This document shows, piece by piece, positions 1 to 8,955 of a stretch of 64,000 nucleotides of DNA (its first letter is position 1; each line of letters begins with the position of its first letter). The stretch is from Deltaproteobacteria bacterium (GTDB lineage: Bacteria > Desulfobacterota > Anaeroferrophillalia > Anaeroferrophillales > Tharpellaceae): contig JAFGVI010000026.1 in the NCBI GenBank assembly GCA_016938065.1, forward strand, positions 13,904 through 77,903. Reading direction: 5' to 3'. The notes beneath the pieces were generated by a model that worked only from the letters and a program-made list of their open reading frames with translations, had not been told where the DNA came from and searched no databases. The position numbers and the translations under genes are program-made.

Positions 1-600
1 ATCTGCAAACATCGCCGTACCGCTGTCGGGGAATTTACCCAGAAGTCTCTGATAGAGCACGGCGTTGTCAAGCTGGCCCCGCTCCAGGGCTTCGCAATCA
101 AATTTACGCAGCATTAAAGCCTGCCAGGCGAGAATATCGGTCGGTACCCAGGGAGCCGGCATCAGTTTAAGCATGGCAAATTCAAAAGGAAGCAGGGCTG
201 GATCGGCCGCAATTTCCGCCAGACGCTGATTGAAACCGGCGCAATAACCATTGATTACAGCTTTGCTTTCATCATCAAAGTTGGCGAAAGCCTCTTCAAG
301 TTCGATTTTGGAGTAGCCTATAGTGCGCACAAAAACATCGGTTTCGAGTTGATCGGGACCGAGAATCTCAGCTAAGGTGCCCAGCCCTGAACGTCGAAAG
401 GTTTCGGCCTGCCACAGGCGATCGCAGGCCACCGCATAGCCCACCGCCGCAAAAACCTCATCTATGGGGGCATCCTCCGGGCCCCTGACAAACCAGACGC
501 CCTGAGCGTCGCGGCTGGTGGTCACACTTGCCAGGACCGGAGTAATAAGCATTGCCAAGGCAACAAATCCTATTAGTATGCCCGCGAATAACTTTCTCAT
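1..600 (-). CDS. Penicillin/AHL acylase family (Ntn-hydrolase) protein. This is an N-terminal fragment; the gene continues beyond the window start.
   Basis: ATG at 600 on the minus strand; open frame runs to position 1 with no stop. N-terminus MRKLFAGILIGFVALAMLITPVLA is signal-peptide-like. Motif AVGYAVACDRLWQAETFRR resembles the conserved DRLFQME region of penicillin acylase alpha subunits. Confidence 0.5.
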   Translation of the reverse strand, partial: MRKLFAGILIGFVALAMLITPVLASVTTSRDAQGVWFVRGPEDAPIDEVFAAVGYAVACDRLWQAETFRRSGLGTLAEILGPDQLETDVFVRTIGYSKIELEEAFANFDDESKAVINGYCAGFNQRLAEIAADPALLPFEFAMLKLMPAPWVPTDILAWQALMLRKFDCEALERGQLDNAVLYQRLLGKFPDSGTAMFAD

Positions 601-717
601 CGTCGATTTCTCCTCTGGATATGCAGCTCCGTTAAAAAAAATTAGTACTACCTCACATATATTAAGATAGTCTAATTCTAATATTATAATAGCAGGGGTT
701 TGTCAATCACCCATTTG

Positions 718-1359
718 TCAAGCCAGAAGCTGCATGATCAACTGCATATCTTCCCAGGTTTCTTTCTTTTTGCCGGGGCTGCGCAGAAGGTAGGCGGGGT
801 GATAGGTCGGCACCAGCAGGCAGTAATCTTTATAGGGGTGAGCATGGCCGCGAAGTCTGCCGATTGAGGTATCGGTGTTGAGCATGGTCTGAGCCGCAAA
901 GGTACCAAGGGCACAGATTACTTTTGGTTTAATGGTCTCAATCTGACGATCCAGAAAAGGTGAGCAGATGGCGATCTCATGAACTTCAGGATTACGATTG
1001 CCGGGGGGACGGCATTTTATGATGTTGGCAATATAAACCTGCTCGCGGGTCTTGCCGATCGCGGCGATTATTTTACTCAGAAGCTGGCCCGATCTGCCGA
1101 CAAAGGGCTCACCTTGAAGATCTTCGTCGGCCCCCGGCGCTTCACCGACAAACATCAGTTCGGCGTTGGCATTGCCGGCCCCGAAGACCAGCTTGTTCCG
1201 GGTTGTATGAAGATGACAGCGCCGACAATCCCCCAAATCCCGGCGGATATCGGCCAGATCTTTTGCCGAATCGTGTTTCGGTTTGAGAACCCCCGGATTT
1301 TGTAATTGACGCTGATGAATAACATGGGCTTTTAATTGTTCAAGGTCATGAGCCAGCAT
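718..1359 (-). CDS. Uracil-DNA glycosylase, family 4 (4Fe-4S type)
   Basis: Motif GEAPGADEDLQGEPFVGRSGQLL matches the family-4 UDG signature GE[AG]PG...PFVG.(A/S)G.LL. Cys-rich N-terminal part (CRRCHLH). 213 aa. Confidence 0.85.
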   Translation of the reverse strand: MLAHDLEQLKAHVIHQRQLQNPGVLKPKHDSAKDLADIRRDLGDCRRCHLHTTRNKLVFGAGNANAELMFVGEAPGADEDLQGEPFVGRSGQLLSKIIAAIGKTREQVYIANIIKCRPPGNRNPEVHEIAICSPFLDRQIETIKPKVICALGTFAAQTMLNTDTSIGRLRGHAHPYKDYCLLVPTYHPAYLLRSPGKKKETWEDMQLIMQLLA

Positions 1360-1361
1360 GG

Positions 1362-2576
1362 TTACAACACCTGACCGCGCAAACGGCGTTTATGCTTGAG
1401 GGCAAGCATATGGTCCAGAATGACCCCGGCAACTTTTTCTTTGCTCATTAAGGGGAAATCGGTTGACTGGCCGTCACGGTCGATAATTTTGATGATATTG
1501 GTATCGACCCCGAATCCGGCGCCCGGAGCCGTAACATCATTGGCGACAATCATATCAAGATTCTTGCGCTTGATCTTTTCCTGCGCGTGAGCCAGCAATT
1601 TGCTGGTTTCGGCGGCAAAGCCGACCAGAAAAGGTCGGTCGGGACGCTGTCCCAAGCCGGCTAAAATATCGGGGTTAGGCTCAAGTTCAAGACAATAACC
1701 ACCTTCACGTTTAATTTTTTCCGCCGCCTGCACCGCCGGCCGGAAATCGGCTACGGCTGCCGCCATGATAACCGAGGTCACCCCGGCAAGATTAGCATTG
1801 ATAGCATCAGACATCTCAACCGCAGTCCTGCATTGTATGACTTTGATGCCCCAGGTTTCAATCTCAGCCGAAGGTCCGGCCACGAGAATAACTTCAGCGC
1901 CGCGCCGCCGGGCAACGGCAGCCAGACTGTAACCCATTTTTCCCGAGGAGCGGTTGGTCAGACAGCGGGCCGGATCAATTGCCTCTTCTGTCGGGCCGGC
2001 ACTGATCAGAATTTTTTCCCCTTTAAGATCGTCAGGACTCAAAAGGGCTTTGATCTCATCCATGATCGCCTCAATATCGGCGAGTTTGCCCCGGCCGACA
2101 ACGCCGCAGGCGAGTTCACCTTCAGCCGGATCCATAAAATGATAATTCATCTCTTTAAGATTGGCGATGTTTTTCTGCACCACCAGACTGGCCCACATGT
2201 TGGTATTCATAGCCGGTGCGAAAAGAACCGGCACCCGGGTTGCCATGACCATGGTCGTCAGAAAATCATCGGCAATACCATTGGCAATTTTTCCGATAAT
2301 GTTAGCCGTGGCCGGAGCGATAACCAGCAGATCAGCCCGGCTGGCCAGCGAGACATGGCCGATTTCAGAAGAGGCAAAAAGGGTGAAGATATCGGTAGTT
2401 ACGGGATTGCCGGAGAGGGTTTGAAAGGTGAGGGGACCAACAAACTCTGTCGCACTTTTAGTCATAATAACATTGACATTGGCTCCGTGTTTAGTCAGCT
2501 CTCTTAAAAGCAATACCGATTTGTAGGCAGCGATTCCACCGGTAACCCCGAGCAGAATCTCTTTTCCATGCAGCAT
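1362..2576 (-). CDS. coaBC: Bifunctional phosphopantothenoylcysteine decarboxylase / phosphopantothenate-cysteine ligase
   Basis: 404 aa. N-terminal flavoprotein domain KEILLGVTGGIAAYK and C-terminal CoaB ligase domain. Overlaps the downstream UDG start by a few nt (operon). Confidence 0.9.
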   Translation of the reverse strand: MLHGKEILLGVTGGIAAYKSVLLLRELTKHGANVNVIMTKSATEFVGPLTFQTLSGNPVTTDIFTLFASSEIGHVSLASRADLLVIAPATANIIGKIANGIADDFLTTMVMATRVPVLFAPAMNTNMWASLVVQKNIANLKEMNYHFMDPAEGELACGVVGRGKLADIEAIMDEIKALLSPDDLKGEKILISAGPTEEAIDPARCLTNRSSGKMGYSLAAVARRRGAEVILVAGPSAEIETWGIKVIQCRTAVEMSDAINANLAGVTSVIMAAAVADFRPAVQAAEKIKREGGYCLELEPNPDILAGLGQRPDRPFLVGFAAETSKLLAHAQEKIKRKNLDMIVANDVTAPGAGFGVDTNIIKIIDRDGQSTDFPLMSKEKVAGVILDHMLALKHKRRLRGQVL

Positions 2577-2696
2577 GTTTTATAATCTCCGCGAAAAGAG
2601 TTGATGGATTATGGATTTTTGTAACACTTTACCAGACAGCGCACAACAGATAACGCAAATCATGCTTGATGACAAGGATAAATGAAAAAAATGATT

Positions 2697-3098
2697 TCAT
2701 TGTTTTACTGACTCGGAGGGCAATCCAGGCCGCACCTTAAGCACGGTCTCCTTGCGCAACGTAACCGTGCCGGGCTTAGCCCCACGAGGTTTACCGACAA
2801 ATTTGGCCTTGGTACAGGAGACTGCCACCACCCCGCCGGCCCGAGCTTTGCTGTGCCAGGCAGCAACTGCCGCTGCCTGCCTAAGCATTTCCTTGTCGGG
2901 TTCCTGTGACGTTCCTTCAGGAGAGCGCAGAAGCACATGGCTGCCGGGCATGCCGCGAACATGAAACCACCAGTCCTCCGCCCGCGCCACCTTCAAGCTC
3001 AGCTGGTCATTGTCTTTGTCGCTGTGGCCGGCCATGATCAGCCAGCCTCCGGACAAAGGATATTCGTAAGCCTTGAGTTCATCGTTCTTCATTTTCAT
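2697..3098 (-). CDS. DUF814 / NFACT-R RNA-binding domain protein (standalone Rqc2/Tae2-like C-terminal domain)
   Basis: 133 aa. Motif WWFHVRGMPGSHVLL is typical of DUF814. Last gene of the pdxJ-acpS operon. Confidence 0.55.
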   Translation of the reverse strand: MKMKNDELKAYEYPLSGGWLIMAGHSDKDNDQLSLKVARAEDWWFHVRGMPGSHVLLRSPEGTSQEPDKEMLRQAAAVAAWHSKARAGGVVAVSCTKAKFVGKPRGAKPGTVTLRKETVLKVRPGLPSESVKQ

Positions 3099-3745
3099 AG
3101 TGCGTTATATTTTAAAGGGTATTGGGCAAAAAGTTTGTTCCAGCCGTTTATGTCAGCTCCTTTCTGGGAGTTTTCATAAGGAGCCAGAAAGTCAACATAG
3201 ACATTATGTAACTGTTCATAACCCCAGGAGGGCTCTTCCAGTGTTCGCGGCTGAATATAGAGAATAAGAAAATTATGGCCCGGATAACAGGACTGAAACC
3301 CCTCAAGCACCATTTCCGCATCTTCGCGGCTCGAAAATTGATTTCTTTTGATGAAATAAAGAACTCTATCTGATGATGAAGTCAGTTTTCTCCATTTGTT
3401 GACCAGGTAGTCGACTTTACTTTTCTCCACTGCATAAATTTTATCGAAATCGTAATCATTCCGAAAATGTCGTCTGCCGCTTTGCGGATCTAATTTGGAA
3501 TAGAGTTTGGAATGAAAGGCCACGCTGGTTTTTGTATCTCGAATCATGCTGTCAATCTCTGCCGGTTTAAGATTTTCTTTGACAAAGAGATCTTGAAAAT
3601 CGCTTCTGATAAGAGAGATAAGCTTGTCACTGTCCACTACGACAAACCGGAAGATACTGCTCTCGTTATAATTTATCCGCCAGAACTGAAAGCCGGCTTC
3701 ACAATTATCTCCTAAAGAGATGTAATGATCGAATTCTTTTTTCAC
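3095..3745 (-). CDS. DUF1796 family protein (predicted papain-like cysteine peptidase fold)
   Basis: 216 aa. N-terminal YISLGDNCEAGFQF matches the ISLGxxC signature of DUF1796. Overlaps the downstream gene by 4 nt. Confidence 0.45.
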   Translation of the reverse strand: MKKEFDHYISLGDNCEAGFQFWRINYNESSIFRFVVVDSDKLISLIRSDFQDLFVKENLKPAEIDSMIRDTKTSVAFHSKLYSKLDPQSGRRHFRNDYDFDKIYAVEKSKVDYLVNKWRKLTSSSDRVLYFIKRNQFSSREDAEMVLEGFQSCYPGHNFLILYIQPRTLEEPSWGYEQLHNVYVDFLAPYENSQKGADINGWNKLFAQYPLKYNAL

Positions 3746-3766
3746 TGGCGCCTCGTTTTAAACAGG

Positions 3767-5173
3767 TTAGAAATCGCACTCAGTCCGGTTGGCGTACTGT
3801 TTAAGCAGGTCATGATTGACAATTTCAAAAGTGTCCGGCTCTGTGCCCGGTTTAATAAATTTTTTGGCAGCAAAAACCTCAAGACCGAGGTTTAATCTTT
3901 TAAAATCGTAATCGGGGGCCGCGTTTTTGAGATCTGCGAGCGTAAACCGGTATCTTTCTTTGCCGGTGGCGCAAAGGTTTATAATCATCGGAGCAACTTC
4001 ATAGGTCGGGGTTGTGCAGATACCAGCCCGCACCCGATGCATCAGCTGGTCGCTGAAATCTTCGAGTTCGGGTAACTCGCCGGGTGAAATTTTCAGCGGC
4101 TGACCCAGATTGACAAAGGTTGTCGTCTCCTGCAGAGAGCCATATTCACGATTGAGCTTGACCAGCTGTTGAATGAGATCACCGTAACTGATATTGACCC
4201 CTTTACGACTCTCCTCAATGGCCAGATCTTCAGGCACACAGGTGTAGGAGAGTGAGATCGGTACAAAATAGACGCTGCGATCTCTTTTTTCGACAAATTC
4301 AAAAATATTCTTGATGATGCCGACTTTGGGTTTTAAAATTTTACCACTGCGGGAACGTCCTCCCTCAGGATAGAAAAGATAGGGTTCGTTGTGAAGCCAC
4401 ATGTACTGGTTGTGCTGTTTGAACGTTTCGATATAGAGTGGGTTGCCCAGCCACTTGATCTTTTTTTCAATCATATCATCGCGTTTAAGTTGACAGACAT
4501 TGAGCTTGGGCAGGATTTTGCGCGAGATGCCCCGATAGAGATTGCTCCCGGCAATAACCACCGGGGAGATCACCCCGGCCCGGTTCAGGGCAAAAAGGAT
4601 GGGCAGATGGTCGGCATTGGAGATATGGTTGGCAATGAAAAAGACCGGCTCGTTACCAACCAGACGACGTACTTCGTTGATGGTTCCGGGGAGCGTTTCA
4701 ACGGCTCTGATAGAGTCGACAAAGTGATTGAAGAGGCGCTTGCCGACAGCACGAAAAAGGATGAGAAAAGCCGGATTAAAGTCCGGAGCAATGTCTTCCA
4801 GATAGAGATTGGCGAGAAATCTTAGAGTATCTGGTCCTTCTAGTTTCTTAAGAAAATCAGTTCTTTGCTGAATGTTTTCAATAGATGACTTTAATTGCTC
4901 ATGACGCTTTCCCGATACGCCTTGAGCCCGTCCTTTAAGTCGGTGCAGAAGCAGGCCGTCATGCATCAGCTGCAGGTTTTTGGCTTCAAAAACCGTGAGG
5001 TCTCCGAGCATGCCCTCACGGCCATAATCGACCAGCAGATATTTAATCACCGAAGCGATCAGTCTTTGCCGGTCGATGCGACTTTTATTGACGGCCAAAC
5101 GGTTAACCAGCAGCAACAGCAGCGGGCTTCGGCTCAGGCTCAAAAGAAAATCTATGGCACGATCAATTTTCAT
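3767..5173 (-). CDS. Glycerol-3-phosphate / lysophospholipid acyltransferase-like protein (GPAT/LPLAT family)
   Basis: 468 aa. HX4D acyltransferase motif (ANHISNADHLPI) and FPEGGRSRSG (FPEGTRS-like) motif II. Confidence 0.65.
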   Translation of the reverse strand: MKIDRAIDFLLSLSRSPLLLLLVNRLAVNKSRIDRQRLIASVIKYLLVDYGREGMLGDLTVFEAKNLQLMHDGLLLHRLKGRAQGVSGKRHEQLKSSIENIQQRTDFLKKLEGPDTLRFLANLYLEDIAPDFNPAFLILFRAVGKRLFNHFVDSIRAVETLPGTINEVRRLVGNEPVFFIANHISNADHLPILFALNRAGVISPVVIAGSNLYRGISRKILPKLNVCQLKRDDMIEKKIKWLGNPLYIETFKQHNQYMWLHNEPYLFYPEGGRSRSGKILKPKVGIIKNIFEFVEKRDRSVYFVPISLSYTCVPEDLAIEESRKGVNISYGDLIQQLVKLNREYGSLQETTTFVNLGQPLKISPGELPELEDFSDQLMHRVRAGICTTPTYEVAPMIINLCATGKERYRFTLADLKNAAPDYDFKRLNLGLEVFAAKKFIKPGTEPDTFEIVNHDLLKQYANRTECDF

Positions 5174-5176
5174 CTT

Positions 5177-6202
5177 TTAATAAAGTTTATATTTTTCGCG
5201 CAGGGTCTGAGAGAGCTGCCCGAGACTGGCAAAGGCCAGGTTGACGGTTTTCTGTTTATCCGGATTGATCAGACAGCAGGTCGCCGGCGACAACAGGCTT
5301 TGCGCAAGCAACAGATCACGATCCAGACCTTCGTCGATGAGACCCTGCCAGGTTGATTCGAGCAGTGCGGTCAAGCTCGCATGATTCTCTTTTTTGAACG
5401 GTTCAATATTGGTCGGAACAACACCCCAGACGATAATGCCGCCCCGTTTAATGAAATTGATGATGGCTTTTTTGTAGAGGGGAAGAACCCTGGCATTGGT
5501 ATAGAGATCGATCGAAACGATATCCATGTCAAAACCCAAAAGAAAATCCCAGTCCGGATTGCCGCAGAGATGAATGCCCCGGGGCCGCTCGATCATACTG
5601 AAAAGATAATCGATATCTTCGCGGGCAAAAAGATCGCTATAGCCCGACATCGCGCTGAAGATGAACTGCAGACCCGGTTCATCGATAAACATAAAGGCGT
5701 TGGGATTTTTCTCTTTGAGGCGGGCCAGTTGGACATTTACCCGCCGGGCCATGAATTCATAAAGAAAGGGGCGCACCATATCATCAAAAATAATCGGTCG
5801 ATCATTTTCATCTTTTATGAAAAAACCAAAACTGACCGGCCCTTCGAGCTGCCCCCGAATGGCGGCCCTCTGACTTAGATCAAGTTCCAGAAAACGATGA
5901 TAAACGGCTGAATATTGGAAACTTACGTCAAAGTATTGGGGCTCTTCGAAATGACTCAAGGTATCTTCCAGCTCAGCCATAAACTTCTTACTCGAAAAAC
6001 GCAGGCTCTTTTTTTCAAGATCCAGGACAATGCCGGGGAAATGTTCCGCCGCCTGCACATACATATCTCCATAATAACTGTAGAGAGGCAGCTGCGGCCA
6101 GAAGGGGATATCGAGCGAGAGAGCCAGCTGCAGCGCTTCATCGACGTCGGTATGGGGCATGACCGCCATCGCGGTGGTTAGCAGGTTTCCGGGCAGCGGC
6201 AT
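5177..6202 (-). CDS. URO-D/CIMS-like TIM-barrel protein (short cobalamin-independent methionine synthase / uroporphyrinogen decarboxylase-like family)
   Basis: 341 aa. FIDEPGL resembles the MetE IQIDEPAL motif, and IHLCGN resembles MetE/UroD HxCxx. Assignment by motif recollection only. Confidence 0.4.
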   Translation of the reverse strand: MPLPGNLLTTAMAVMPHTDVDEALQLALSLDIPFWPQLPLYSYYGDMYVQAAEHFPGIVLDLEKKSLRFSSKKFMAELEDTLSHFEEPQYFDVSFQYSAVYHRFLELDLSQRAAIRGQLEGPVSFGFFIKDENDRPIIFDDMVRPFLYEFMARRVNVQLARLKEKNPNAFMFIDEPGLQFIFSAMSGYSDLFAREDIDYLFSMIERPRGIHLCGNPDWDFLLGFDMDIVSIDLYTNARVLPLYKKAIINFIKRGGIIVWGVVPTNIEPFKKENHASLTALLESTWQGLIDEGLDRDLLLAQSLLSPATCCLINPDKQKTVNLAFASLGQLSQTLREKYKLY

Positions 6203-6215
6203 CGGAGCCTCCTTC

Positions 6216-6611
6216 TCAGGGAACAGTTACAGTTGTTTCAAGAACGACAAAAGCCAAAGCAAAATCCTGCTCATGCGAGAGACTCAACCAGGAAACCGCC
6301 TGATTTTTTTCGTAGCAAACCCGGTGGGCCCGGTTGTGCAGTTTCAGCTGGGGTTGACCGAGATTGTTGTTGATGACTTCAACATCACACCAGCTCAGAC
6401 CTTCCCGCAAGCCCAGACCCAGGGCTTTGACAAAAGCTTCTTTTGCGGCAAAGCGGGCGGCCAGGTGAATTGCCGGTCGGGCTTTAGCAAAAGCATAAGC
6501 AGTTTCCGTCTCACTGAAGACGCGCTGCAGAAAACGCCGGCCGTAACGTGCGACCAGCGTTTCGATGCGGCTGACCTGAACAATATCGCTGCCGATGCCG
6601 ACGATACTCAT
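6216..6611 (-). CDS. acpS: Holo-[acyl-carrier-protein] synthase
   Basis: 131 aa. N-terminus [17 protein letters not shown] is the classic AcpS start. Overlaps the pdxJ stop (6608-6611). Confidence 0.85.
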   Translation of the reverse strand: MSIVGIGSDIVQVSRIETLVARYGRRFLQRVFSETETAYAFAKARPAIHLAARFAAKEAFVKALGLGLREGLSWCDVEVINNNLGQPQLKLHNRAHRVCYEKNQAVSWLSLSHEQDFALAFVVLETTVTVP

Positions 6612-7321
6612 GGCAACAGGGCTTTCATCTCCCGCACAGCTCGTTCAAGGCCAACGAAGATGGCGTGACCGATAATACTGTGACCGATGTTGAGTTCTTC
6701 CAGCCCGGGAAGGTTGGCAATGGGAATAACATTGCGATAGTTCAATCCGTGTCCGGCATTAATTCTCAAACCGAGATTAGACGCGGTAATGCAGGCCAGA
6801 TCAATCAGGGAAAATTCTTTTTTAAGATCGTCTTCACTTTGCGCGTCACAATAACGCCCGGTGTGGATCTCAATAAATTGAGCACCGATAGAAGCCGCCG
6901 CTTCAATCTGATCGAGGTCAGGATCAATAAAGAGGCTGACGACAATACCTGCATCCTGAAATTTTTTGACCACCGGTTCCAATTTCAGACGATGTCCGAT
7001 TACATCCAGTCCACCCTCGGTGGTCAACTCTTCCCGCTTTTCCGGCACAAAGGTGGCCGCGTAAGGTTTTATCTGCAGGGCAAAATCCAAAATTTCCGGA
7101 GCCAGGGCCAGTTCCAGATTCAATCTGGTTTTTATAGTCTCTTGCAGCAAGCGCACATCGCGTTCCTGAATATGGCGATGGTCTTCCCGCAGATGTACCG
7201 TGATGCCGTCCGCCCCCCCCAGTTCAGCCAGAACAGCGGCGTTGACCGGGTCAGGTTCGCTGATACCCCGAGCCTGCCTGACGGTTGCCACATGATCGAT
7301 ATTTACGCCGAGTTTTACCAT
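6608..7321 (-). CDS. pdxJ: Pyridoxine 5'-phosphate synthase
   Basis: 237 aa. N-terminus [19 protein letters not shown] is the canonical PdxJ start. Confidence 0.9.
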   Translation of the reverse strand: MVKLGVNIDHVATVRQARGISEPDPVNAAVLAELGGADGITVHLREDHRHIQERDVRLLQETIKTRLNLELALAPEILDFALQIKPYAATFVPEKREELTTEGGLDVIGHRLKLEPVVKKFQDAGIVVSLFIDPDLDQIEAAASIGAQFIEIHTGRYCDAQSEDDLKKEFSLIDLACITASNLGLRINAGHGLNYRNVIPIANLPGLEELNIGHSIIGHAIFVGLERAVREMKALLP

Positions 7322-7444
7322 GAATCATTTCTCCTGTTTCTGTCAGTATCGCTGTCAAATTATGCGCTCTATGTACAGACGGCAAAACAATTTCTAAATG
7401 CTGATCTTCTGTGTCTGTCAAAGGCAGTTTTCAGAGGTGGTTTT

Positions 7445-7639
7445 TTAAAGTCCCAGATAGGGCAGGATTTTACTGATACCGAAAATTATCAGGACAATTG
7501 CGGCCAGACCGACGGCTATTTTAAGAATGAAGGCGCCGATCCGAAAAGCGATATAAAGAACTACCGCACCGACAATCAGGAAAACGATGCTTTGCCAGTC
7601 AAATTGCGCATTCGAGAAATAGTTGCCGAAATTATTCAT
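7445..7639 (-). CDS. Small hydrophobic membrane protein (two predicted TM helices), hypothetical
   Basis: Track ORF 7445..7699. Internal ATG at 7639 is preceded by AAGGAAAA, giving MNNFGNYF... (64 aa) with two hydrophobic stretches. Confidence 0.35.
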   Translation of the reverse strand: MNNFGNYFSNAQFDWQSIVFLIVGAVVLYIAFRIGAFILKIAVGLAAIVLIIFGISKILPYLGL

Positions 7640-7964
7640 GGGATTTTCCTTTTTCCTCATGTTTGGTTGCGTAGTGGCGACCTTCAACCCCAAAGTCACT
7701 TATCGTAGAATTATGAGTAGATGGGATTATTGAGTTTTTTTGTGCAGATTGCACATAATAAAGCGAGCCGTTGCAAATTGCAAGCAAGATCGAAACTGCG
7801 GCAAAGGCTTTTAGCGAGATTTTCCAGCGGTAATCTGACTGGTCGACTTTTTAACCATCATGGTTAAACACTTGACTTCTTCTGATTTTAGTTTAGAATC
7901 CTCCATATTTTTTTGATGCTGAGGGTTACTCTTTAAGAATATGAGATGTGAGGATTGCTAACAT

Positions 7965-8450
7965 ATGAATGGATGTCCATGCGGTTCAGGAAAAGATTAT
8001 CAAGGATGTTGTGAGTTATTGATAACGGGCGTGAAAAAAGCGACCACCGCCGAAGAGCTTCTGCGGGCGCGCTACAGTGCCCATGCGAAACTGGAGATGG
8101 CTTTTGTCAAAGAGACAGTTCATCCGGAAAAAATATCTAAATATGAACCTTCAACGGCAAAGGATTGGGCTGAAAAATCAGAGTGGGAAAGGCTGGAAAT
8201 TATCGATACGGAAAAAGGGGGAGTCGATGACGAAACTGGAGAGATCGAATTTGTTGCCCATTTCCGACAGAAAGATAAGTTGAAAACTCATCACGAGCTG
8301 GCTCATTTTAAGCGGCATGATGGAGAGTGGTTTTTTTATGACGGTCAGGGAGTTGTACCGAAACAGGTGGTTCGTTCTCAACCTAAAGTCGGCAGAAATG
8401 ATCCCTGTCCCTGCGGCAGCGGAAAGAAATACAAAAAATGCTGCGCTTGA
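7965..8450 (+). CDS. ychJ: YchJ family (UPF0225) protein with N- and C-terminal SEC-C metal-binding motifs
   Basis: 161 aa. CPCGSG at both ends ([12 protein letters not shown]...[16 protein letters not shown]). Confidence 0.8.
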   Translation: MNGCPCGSGKDYQGCCELLITGVKKATTAEELLRARYSAHAKLEMAFVKETVHPEKISKYEPSTAKDWAEKSEWERLEIIDTEKGGVDDETGEIEFVAHFRQKDKLKTHHELAHFKRHDGEWFFYDGQGVVPKQVVRSQPKVGRNDPCPCGSGKKYKKCCA

Positions 8451-8520
8451 GATCTGTTTTACCCATCAGGAATTGTGCCGCAAAGACAAAAATCAAGCTG
8501 ATGATCAAAGCTGCAAGCAC

Positions 8521-8548
8521 AAAAAAGGGAGGCCGGAGGCTCCCTTTC
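8521..8548. terminator. Bidirectional rho-independent terminator between convergent ychJ and the HesB-like selenoprotein gene
   Basis: AAAGGGAG-GCCGGAGG-CTCCCTTT, a perfect 8-bp stem, flanked by an A-run (8521-8526) and a T-rich stretch. Confidence 0.55.
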
Positions 8549-8581
8549 CTGATGGACAATATCTTGTGATATGATCCGGCT

Positions 8582-8905
8582 TTATGAACAGCAGGAACTG
8601 GTTGAACCACAGCCGGAACAGCCGCCGCCGGCTTTACTTAAATCGATATTGGCGGTAATACTGAAACCGACATTTTTAAAATCGACCTTGATCGGTTTGA
8701 CTTTTTCCATGAATTCGCGATCCACCAGAAAGGTGAAATCGCCAAAGGTGTAGCTTTCATCGGTGGGGCGCGCCTGATCCATGACCATGGAAAGAGAGGG
8801 GCCGCCTCAGCCGCCCTCATTGAGGAAAATTCTGATTGGTTCGGGCTCACGATTGGTAAAATAGCCGGCGATCTGTTCGGTTGCGGCTGAAGTCACTTCC
8901 AGCAT
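8582..8905 (-). CDS. IscA/HesB-like A-type Fe-S carrier protein, predicted selenoprotein (in-frame UGA at 8807-8809 = Sec codon 33)
   Basis: ATG at 8905 (minus). The 107-codon frame reads MLEVTSAATEQIAGYFTNREPEPIRIFLNEGG-[TGA]-GGPSLSMVMDQARPTDESYTFGDFTFLVDREFMEKVKPIKVDFKNVGFSITANIDLSKAGGGCSGCGSTSSCCS. It aligns along its length with IscA/SufA/ErpA, and the TGA sits at the first conserved Cys of the GGGCSG motif. A SECIS-like hairpin (UCCAU-GGUC-AUGGA, plus coordinates 8778-8791) lies 15 nt 3' of the UGA. The ORF track shows only the C-terminal 68-aa piece (8582..8788). Confidence 0.6.
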
Positions 8906-8930
8906 CTGCTCTCTCCTTTGCATTTGAGTT

Positions 8931-8955
8931 TGTCTGATTGTCTGATTGTCTGAGT
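8931..8955. repeat. 3 x 8-bp tandem repeat TTGTCTGA
   Basis: tttgtctgattgtctgattgtctgag, in the divergent intergenic region between the selenoprotein gene and galE. Confidence 0.85.

Noticed and set aside
683-721. Sigma70 promoter for the acylase-like gene (two TTGACA hexamers on the minus strand, TATAAT at 683-688)
   Set aside because: The -35/-10 spacings are 12 or 27 bp, neither of which is functional. It may still be regulatory, but it is not called as a promoter.
1833-2507. 224-aa plus-strand ORF (and others at 1954, 2161)
   Set aside because: It is antisense to coaBC. Its Gly/Arg-rich composition has no motifs. It is a shadow ORF of a high-confidence gene.
6665-7708. 347-aa plus-strand ORF
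   Set aside because: It is antisense to pdxJ and extends across the small membrane-protein gene. It has no domain signatures. The pdxJ reading frame is unambiguous.
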